From: Spirochaetaceae bacterium UBA1306
GTDB taxonomy: Bacteria > Spirochaetota > Spirochaetia > Treponematales > Rectinemataceae
Reading direction: 5' to 3'
Length of the DNA: 64,000 nucleotides
Assembly (NCBI GenBank): GCA_002307245.1
Contig: DBTW01000107.1
Span: 1,976-65,975, forward strand
Below are positions 58,175 to 64,000 of this stretch, piece after piece (position 1 is the stretch's first letter; the number at the start of each line of letters is the position of its first letter). The position numbers and the translations under genes are program-made. Below the pieces are notes generated by a model, which ran no database searches, was not told the DNA's origin, and saw nothing but the letters and a program-made list of their open reading frames with translations.

Positions 58175-60025
58175 ATGCTGCTAGGTCCAAGGCTATCGCT
58201 GTCCGTTTCCGAGGTCGATTGCCAGAAGGCCTTGCGCCTTTCCTGTTCCGAGGCTTTCTCCGCGGAAGATGACGCGACGCCGCTCTTCGATGCGAGCTTC
58301 GACGAACTCTGCGAGCTGGCCTCCGTCCCACCTGAGGCGCGCGCCCGCCTATCCGACCCTCGCGCGCGTACGATCCTCTCCAACGGCTGGCAATCGTGGA
58401 GCTTCGGCGGCGAGCTCGCGGCCGGGGAGCGCGTGCGGCGCGCGAGGCTCGTTCCGAATATAAATGTCTATACCGACGGCCCCGGCCCGCTCGAGGCACG
58501 GGGAGAGGTCCTTTCGCGCTTCATCTCCTGCTACCGCTCGGGCGAGGCCAGGCTCCTGCTCGCGTCGCGCGGGAGCCCCGAGCGCGCCATGCCTCCCGTG
58601 GCCTTCCGTACCGACCGCGAGAGCCTGGCCCTGCGGGTCGAGCTTGCGGCCAAGGGCGCGCGCTTCGAGAAGGGCGAACTCCTCGCGGAGATACGGCTCT
58701 TCTATCGCGAAGGCTACTTTCCGGCCAAGGACGCCCTGCGCGAGACCTTCCGCGACTACGGGCACTTCGAGCGGCTCGCTTTCCTCGGGAGCGACGCCGT
58801 GGACCGCCTCGTCCCTGGGGGATACGAGTCCTGGTACAACCACTACACGAAGATCGACGACGGAATAATCGCCGGGGACCTCGCTTCGATCGGGTCCAAC
58901 GGAAACCTCATCAACGAGTATTACCTGAAGAGGGGCAAGCCCACGGTCTTCCAAATCGACGACGGCTGGGAGGCGGCCGTGGGGCAGTGGGAGCCCGATC
59001 CGGTGAAATTCCCGAGGGGCATGAAGGCCTTCGCCTGGGAGATCGAGGACAAGGGCATGATCCCCGGCCTCTGGATCGCGCCCCTCCTCGTCACTAAATC
59101 GAGCAAGGCCTTCTCCGCCCATCCCGATTGGCTCCTGCGAGACCTCCGCGGGAAGCCCGTGCCTGCGGGCTTCAACCCGGGCTGGGACGGCGTCTTCTAC
59201 TGCCTCGACATCTCGCTTCCCGAAGTCGAGTCCTATCTCGCGGGGCTCTTCGATACGATCGTCGAGGATTGGGGCTGCCGCTACCTCAAGCTCGACTTCC
59301 TCTACGCCGGATTCATAGAGGGCGCGAGGCGGCGCCCGGGCGCCGCCTACGAGCACTACGACCGCTTGATGCGTCGCCTAACGTCTACGGCCGTAGACTC
59401 GCGCGGCCTCGGCGTTGCCTACCTGGGCTGCGGCGCGCCGCTCGAGCCATCGTTCCGGTACTTCCCCCTTATGCGCATCGGCGCGGACACTAAGGAAAAA
59501 TGGGAGGATGGTCTCCTCAAGCGCATCGTGCGGCACCAGGGCCGGCCGGCCGCGTACACGAACCTTACGCACACGATAGGTCGGGCGATGCTCGACGGGA
59601 CGGTCTTCGCGAGCGATCCGGACGTAGTCTTCTGCCGGACGGACCGTATGGCGCTCTGCGAGACGGAGAAGGAGCTCGTGGCCTTGATCGACGCCCTGCT
59701 CGCCTCCCAGATCATGTTCTCGGACGATCCGGCTAAATTCGGATCCCCCGGCGAATCCGATTTCACGAAGCGGGTAGTCGAGCTCTACGACAGCCTGGCC
59801 GGCGGCGAGTACGGGGCCGAGCGGATCCTGGGCGAGCGAGGGGTCGCCGAGGACGTCTATTCGATATTCAGTCGCGACGGCCGATTGCGAGGTATAGCTA
59901 ACCTGTCAGATAGGCCTTGGGCCGCAGGAGCTTACGATCCTTCAAGGGCTATCGTTCTCCACGCGGAACGCGCTGGACCGGGCCTCACGTTCGAGCCGAG
60001 GTCTATATCACTTTTCCTTGAATAA
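58175..60025 (+). CDS. alpha-galactosidase, GH36-like
   Basis: FQIDDGWE, the YLKLDFLY nucleophile context and a CGAP...IGADT segment. Confidence 0.8.
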   Translation: MLLGPRLSLSVSEVDCQKALRLSCSEAFSAEDDATPLFDASFDELCELASVPPEARARLSDPRARTILSNGWQSWSFGGELAAGERVRRARLVPNINVYTDGPGPLEARGEVLSRFISCYRSGEARLLLASRGSPERAMPPVAFRTDRESLALRVELAAKGARFEKGELLAEIRLFYREGYFPAKDALRETFRDYGHFERLAFLGSDAVDRLVPGGYESWYNHYTKIDDGIIAGDLASIGSNGNLINEYYLKRGKPTVFQIDDGWEAAVGQWEPDPVKFPRGMKAFAWEIEDKGMIPGLWIAPLLVTKSSKAFSAHPDWLLRDLRGKPVPAGFNPGWDGVFYCLDISLPEVESYLAGLFDTIVEDWGCRYLKLDFLYAGFIEGARRRPGAAYEHYDRLMRRLTSTAVDSRGLGVAYLGCGAPLEPSFRYFPLMRIGADTKEKWEDGLLKRIVRHQGRPAAYTNLTHTIGRAMLDGTVFASDPDVVFCRTDRMALCETEKELVALIDALLASQIMFSDDPAKFGSPGESDFTKRVVELYDSLAGGEYGAERILGERGVAEDVYSIFSRDGRLRGIANLSDRPWAAGAYDPSRAIVLHAERAGPGLTFEPRSISLFLE

Positions 60026-60118
60026 ACTAATTTTGCAGCTTATTTCGGTATAACAAAAAACTGGAACAAAAAATAATTACGGGTTACAATATGGCATCAA
60101 AATTCCAGGAGTTGCTTC

Positions 60119-60823
60119 ATGAAAGATTCCTTTATTCGTCTTGTCCTTGTCGCAGCCTTCGCAAGCCTCGCCGCAGTCGCCTTCGCCGGAGATAGGCCGA
60201 TCGTTGAATTCGGCATCGGCGCCGGGGCCCTCGATTACTCGATAGAAAGCAGCTTCGACAATCCGAGCATGGGAACGGTTACCTTAGGAGGCTACGCCGT
60301 CCACGAATACGACAGCTCCGTCCAAGGCGAGGAGTCGTACCCCTATTCTGGCACGCCTATCTCGATCAATACCGCGTTCTTGGTCCGCTTGCCCATCGGG
60401 CGGCATTTTGCCTTGGCCTATTCGAATCGAGTCTCCTTCGCCATGGACGAGGTTATCCATCGCGCCGATTACTACGAGCTTTGCTCGGAGACCGTACTGA
60501 CGATGGCCGGCCTGACCGGACTCGAGGCCGAGTATTATTTCCTCGAGGGCCCCTCCGGTCCCTGGGTCTCCGTCCTCTGCGGCGTGTCCGTGCTCGACCA
60601 GCCGTATTTCCTCGGCAACTACCTTTTCCAGATGGGTTGGGGCGCGGGCGGCACCGTCGGCTGGCGCTTCAGCAAGCACCTCGCCGCCGAGCTGAATGCC
60701 TACTATATGGGCGAGAGCGTGTCGAGCATCATCGAATCCAAGGTCGAAGATGCCGGAGCCAGCGTATCCGGGTCGATGAGCGGCCTCGCGATCTCCGCGG
60801 GACTTCGCTTCGGCCTATTCTGA
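60119..60823 (+). CDS. putative outer-membrane beta-barrel protein
   Basis: Signal peptide, alternating hydrophobic beta-strand pattern, and a C-terminal GLRFGLF ending in Phe. An AT-rich upstream region precedes it. Confidence 0.6.
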   Translation: MKDSFIRLVLVAAFASLAAVAFAGDRPIVEFGIGAGALDYSIESSFDNPSMGTVTLGGYAVHEYDSSVQGEESYPYSGTPISINTAFLVRLPIGRHFALAYSNRVSFAMDEVIHRADYYELCSETVLTMAGLTGLEAEYYFLEGPSGPWVSVLCGVSVLDQPYFLGNYLFQMGWGAGGTVGWRFSKHLAAELNAYYMGESVSSIIESKVEDAGASVSGSMSGLAISAGLRFGLF

Positions 60824-60843
60824 GCTTTCGCGCGGCCGGCGGG

Positions 60844-62061
60844 TCAGGAAATCTCCGCCGAGAGGACGGTGATGTCGTCCGCCTGGGGCGCCTGGCCGGC
60901 GAAGCCGCGGATCTCCTCGTCGAGCTCCCGTATGATGTCTTCGACCTTCTTCATGCACCGGGGGTAGAGGAAGCTCCGGAGGCGCTCGTCGCCGTAGGCT
61001 TCGCCGCGCTCGTCGCGCGCCTCCGTGAGACCGTCCGAGTGCATGAATAGCCGCATGTTGGGCTGGATCGGGAAGCGATTCCCGCGCGGCTCGACGAAGG
61101 CGTTGATGCCCAGGGGCATGAGATCGGGATTCACTATTTTGCCCTTCGGCTTGCCGCTCTCGGGGTCGGCGTAGAATAAGTAGATCGGCGGGAAGCCACA
61201 GTTGAAGAAGGTCGCCTCGCGGGCGGCGCCGTCCACGAAGGCGAAGGCCCCCGCGACGAAGACTTCCTCGGGCGTCTGGTCCATGACGACGGCGTTGAGC
61301 GCGGCCACGATCGCCGAGGGCGAGCTGGAGCCCAGGGCCCCGCTGACCTTGAGAGTCGAGAAGAACGAGCTGAGGGTGCCGGTGAGTAGGGCGGCTGCCG
61401 TGCCCTTGCCGCAGACGTCGAAGCAGGCGAGCATCGAGAGCGAATCGCGGAGATCCATGAGCTGGATGAAGTCCCCCCCGATCCGGTTGGCCATCCTGAC
61501 GTACTTTCTCGCGACGACGCCCGGCCTGGAGACGGAATTCCTGTCCATGAGGAATTCCTGCATGGCCATGGCCTTGTCGAGGTCCTGCATCCTGATCGCG
61601 GCGATATTCTTGGTCAGGTTGGCGAAGCCGCCTATGCCGAAGAAGCGGCCGCTCTCGAAGATCATGAAATCGTCGTAGAGCCTCGAGGGCTCGCGCTTCA
61701 GGATCAGGGCCATGGCTTTCTCGCAATTTTCCGAGGCGTCGACAGAGAAGGTCGATCGATCGAGGAACCGCTCCACCGGGGGATCGGTAACCGACATGAG
61801 GGCCGTCTTCTTCTTGATCAGATCCGACTTCTGGATGATGCCGATGATGCCGCGGTCGCCCTCGATCGGCAGGGACTCGACGCCGTCCTGGGCCGCGAAG
61901 AGCTCCAGGACCTCGGTGATCCCCATGCTACAGCTGACGGGCTCGATGAACTTGGTTATGTGGCCGACCTTGGTGATCGAGTAGGATTCCGAAAGGCCCT
62001 TCAGCCTCTCCGCGACGAAGTCCCGTATCTCGTCGCCGGCGGGCAGTTCGAGAGCGTCCAT
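60844..62061 (-). CDS. CBS-pair plus PP2C/SpoIIE-family serine phosphatase
   Basis: Two CBS motifs, then RIGGDFIQ...CFDVCGKGTAAALL...HSDGLTEA...ADDITVL. ATG at 62061. The track ORF (to 62313) overlaps ychJ and is a shadow extension. Confidence 0.85.
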   Translation of the reverse strand: MDALELPAGDEIRDFVAERLKGLSESYSITKVGHITKFIEPVSCSMGITEVLELFAAQDGVESLPIEGDRGIIGIIQKSDLIKKKTALMSVTDPPVERFLDRSTFSVDASENCEKAMALILKREPSRLYDDFMIFESGRFFGIGGFANLTKNIAAIRMQDLDKAMAMQEFLMDRNSVSRPGVVARKYVRMANRIGGDFIQLMDLRDSLSMLACFDVCGKGTAAALLTGTLSSFFSTLKVSGALGSSSPSAIVAALNAVVMDQTPEEVFVAGAFAFVDGAAREATFFNCGFPPIYLFYADPESGKPKGKIVNPDLMPLGINAFVEPRGNRFPIQPNMRLFMHSDGLTEARDERGEAYGDERLRSFLYPRCMKKVEDIIRELDEEIRGFAGQAPQADDITVLSAEIS

Positions 62062-62116
62062 CGCAGCCTCCGTATCGAGGAGTCTTCGGCAATGGTCGCT
62101 CTCGTTGCCGCTCCTG

Positions 62117-62611
62117 TCAAGCCGAAGAGGCCCCGCAGCACTTCTTGTACTTCTTGCCGGAGCCGCAGGGGCAGGGATCGTTGCGGCCCACCTTGGGGCC
62201 TTCCCGCACAACCGTCTCGGGGATGACCTCGCCGTCGACGTAGAGCCAGACCCCTTCCTTCTTGGCGAAGGCGGCCTTCTCGTGATGGCTTTCGCGCAGG
62301 CCGTCGAGGACATAGCCCGCCTTGAACTCTACCACGCCTTCCTCGTCGGAGGCCCCGCCCTTCTCGACGCTCAGTATCTTGAGGCCGAGCCAGTTGGACT
62401 TCTCGCTCCAACGCTTGGTGGCGTCCTTGTCGATGCCATGCTCATCGTCGATAAGGCAGGTATCGACGATGTAATCGATGGCCTTTTTGGCGTAGGCCGA
62501 GTAGCGGCTGCGCATCAGGGCCTCGGCCGTGGCGGGCTTGGCCTTCCGGGCTATATAGGGACCGCAGCACTCATCATAGGCGCGGCCTGATCCGCAGGGA
62601 CAGCTTTCCAT
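62117..62611 (-). CDS. ychJ: YchJ-family protein with two SEC-C metal-binding motifs
   Basis: N-terminal CPCGSG...CC and C-terminal [21 protein letters not shown]. Confidence 0.85.
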   Translation of the reverse strand: MESCPCGSGRAYDECCGPYIARKAKPATAEALMRSRYSAYAKKAIDYIVDTCLIDDEHGIDKDATKRWSEKSNWLGLKILSVEKGGASDEEGVVEFKAGYVLDGLRESHHEKAAFAKKEGVWLYVDGEVIPETVVREGPKVGRNDPCPCGSGKKYKKCCGASSA

Positions 62612-62674
62612 AAAATCCTCCAGCCATTGTTGTACACGTAAGGCGGCCGAGGGGCAATGCCGCCGCGGCGGGCC

Positions 62675-63199
62675 CTAGAAGTGCAGTATATGGCGCCGCA
62701 AGTCGTGAAAGGCGAGCAGGGGCCGCGGAGGAAGGAAGAGCTTGCCGACCTCGATGGCGAAATGGAGATGGGGGCCCGTCGAGCGGCCGGTCGTGCCGAC
62801 GGCGCCCAGGCTCCGCGCGCCGCGTAGGAGAATCAGGCGTCCCTTGGGCGCGTCGATCCGGGACAGGTGGCCGTAGGTGCTCGTGATGCCGAGGAGGTGG
62901 CGGACGCGGACGTAATTCCCCAAGGACGCTGAATACCCCGTCTCGACGACGATGCCCGGGGCCGTGGAGTGGACGGGCGTCCCCGAGGCGGCCGCGATGT
63001 CGATGCCTCGATGCATCTCGATGGCGAGGAGCCGGGAAGAGTCGGGGGCATGCCTGATGAAGAATCCCGAGCTGACCCGGCCCTTGATGGGCCAGGCGAA
63101 GGGCGGCAGGGTGACGAGGACGGCGAAGGCCAGGAGTAGGGCCGCGAGGGCCCTCGTCCGCGGATGCGGGGCCTTCTTGGCCCCTCCGCGCCAACCCAT
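62675..63199 (-). CDS. M23-family metallopeptidase
   Basis: HRGIDIAA..GTPV...G..V.V.H...TSTYGHL...G.TG.STGPHLHFAIE. Confidence 0.85.
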   Translation of the reverse strand: MGWRGGAKKAPHPRTRALAALLLAFAVLVTLPPFAWPIKGRVSSGFFIRHAPDSSRLLAIEMHRGIDIAAASGTPVHSTAPGIVVETGYSASLGNYVRVRHLLGITSTYGHLSRIDAPKGRLILLRGARSLGAVGTTGRSTGPHLHFAIEVGKLFLPPRPLLAFHDLRRHILHF

Positions 63200-63212
63200 C
63201 GGCCACGCCCTC

Positions 63213-63488
63213 CTAGCGGCCGGAGCCGCCGCCCGATTTGTCCTCGAGCATGCGGGACACGAAGCGCACTTCCTCTTGGAGCTTGCGGACGCTGTCGTCG
63301 CGCTCCTCGAGCCGAGCCTCGAGGCCGGCGATCCTATCCTCGAGCGCCCCGAGCTCGCGAGGCTGAGTCGGGGCCTCGCCGCCCCGCGACCTGATTTTGG
63401 CCTGGGCGACCTTGGATACCGTATCGCCGACGACTCCGATGACGGAGATCGCGACGATGCCCAGGATGATCATCATGGCTAAGCTCAT
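63213..63488 (-). CDS. small membrane-anchored coiled-coil protein (PspB-like architecture)
   Basis: One N-terminal TM, then LEDRIAGLEARLEERDDSVRKLQEE. The family is not securely recognised. Confidence 0.5.
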   Translation of the reverse strand: MSLAMMIILGIVAISVIGVVGDTVSKVAQAKIRSRGGEAPTQPRELGALEDRIAGLEARLEERDDSVRKLQEEVRFVSRMLEDKSGGGSGR

Positions 63489-63521
63489 TCCGTGCCTCCA
63501 CTTCCCCGCGCCGTCAAAGCC

Positions 63522-64000
63522 TTATTTCAACACCCCCGAGGCGAGGAAGGGCAGGGCGATGAAGTTGCCGATCATGCCGCCTATGCTCGAGAGGAAGAAT
63601 ATGAGGAGTATCTTCGTGACTCGGTTCGTGTAGAAGCCCTTCACGCTCGCCACGTCGGCCGCGAGGTTCTCGAGGTCCGAGACGCGGGGCTTGCGCAGGA
63701 AGGCCTCGGCGAGGCCCGCGAAGAGTCCGACGCCGACGAAGGGGTTGAGCGTGGCTATGGGCGCCGCGACGAAGGATGCCACGATCGTGAGGGGGTGGGC
63801 CAGGCAGAGGGCCGAGCCGAGGGCGGCCAGGGAACCGTTGAGGAGGATCCACCGTAGGAGCATAGACAGGCTCGCGTCGGCTCCGGACTTGAAGAAGCCC
63901 AGGACGATGAAGCCGACGATAATGGCGGGTATCGACCAGCCTACTATCTTCCCGGCCGCGGACGACGGGGGCGGCGCCTCGATCGAGCTCGTGTCGGGCG
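63522..64000 (-). CDS. TraB/GumN-family protein, C-terminal part (ORF runs off the right edge)
   Basis: The frame stays open upstream of the listed Met to base 64000 (...GWSIPAIIVGFIVLGFFKSGADASLSMLLRWILLNG...). The C-terminal membrane region is typical of TraB-family proteins. Confidence 0.75.
   Translation of the reverse strand, partial: PDTSSIEAPPPSSAAGKIVGWSIPAIIVGFIVLGFFKSGADASLSMLLRWILLNGSLAALGSALCLAHPLTIVASFVAAPIATLNPFVGVGLFAGLAEAFLRKPRVSDLENLAADVASVKGFYTNRVTKILLIFFLSSIGGMIGNFIALPFLASGVLK

Noticed and set aside
11673-59356. Long antisense ORFs: 11673-12470, 13343-14023, 23279-24412, 37299-38465, 41132-41857, 58349-59356
   Set aside because: Each lies opposite a gene with strong family motifs (yidC, alkZ-like, thrC, DEAD-box helicase, pentapeptide and GCAxxG genes, alpha-galactosidase). 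Each has an R/G/E/P-biased composition with no recognisable motif. They are stop-codon-poor shadows.
60092-60106. Sigma54-like element TGGCAT-n5-TTCC upstream of the outer-membrane protein gene
   Set aside because: The -12 element lacks the conserved GC dinucleotide (it reads TTCC, not TTGC). No enhancer-binding protein is nearby. The match is too weak.

Overview
The window covers a chromosomal replication-origin region and about 55 kb of mostly housekeeping, transport and signalling genes from a high-GC bacterium. The origin block runs gyrA and gyrB on the minus strand, diverging from dnaA-dnaN-recF-DUF721 and then rpmH-rnpA-yidD-yidC-jag on the plus strand. This order is known from Borrelia and Treponema, so a spirochaete is a reasonable guess, but that is inference only. 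Perfect DnaA boxes and AT-rich tracts lie on both sides of dnaA. The rest of the window contains:
- DNA-repair genes (AlkZ/YcaQ-like, Tag, Ada).
- A YesM/YesN-type two-component system with a fused double sugar-binding lipoprotein, next to a YtfQRT/YjfF-like ABC transporter.
- An orphan GatC-like PTS IIC protein.
- A DEAD-box helicase.
- era, aroDE, apbE and pth.
- A protein with a degenerate GGDEF domain and an intact EAL domain.
- A reverse-rubrerythrin/PerR pair and a ferritin.
- A GH36 alpha-galactosidase.
- Two tRNAs.
- A minus-strand cluster: TraB, small coiled-coil protein, M23 peptidase, YchJ, CBS-PP2C phosphatase.

I found no CRISPR array, integrase, transposase, prophage or recognisable defence system. 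The best candidates for something undescribed are:
- A translationally coupled five-gene operon at 38960-41932 (three secreted unknowns, a Qnr-like pentapeptide protein and a C_GCAxxG_C_C protein).
- The tandem-PBP three-component sugar sensor.
- A REC-like/RsbW-like ATPase/cNMP-binding fusion protein.

Other oddities are a GC trough over gyrA-dnaN, a probable ATC start for rnpA, and an att-like duplication of a tRNA 3' end. All functional calls come from reading the translated ORFs by eye. No database search was run.
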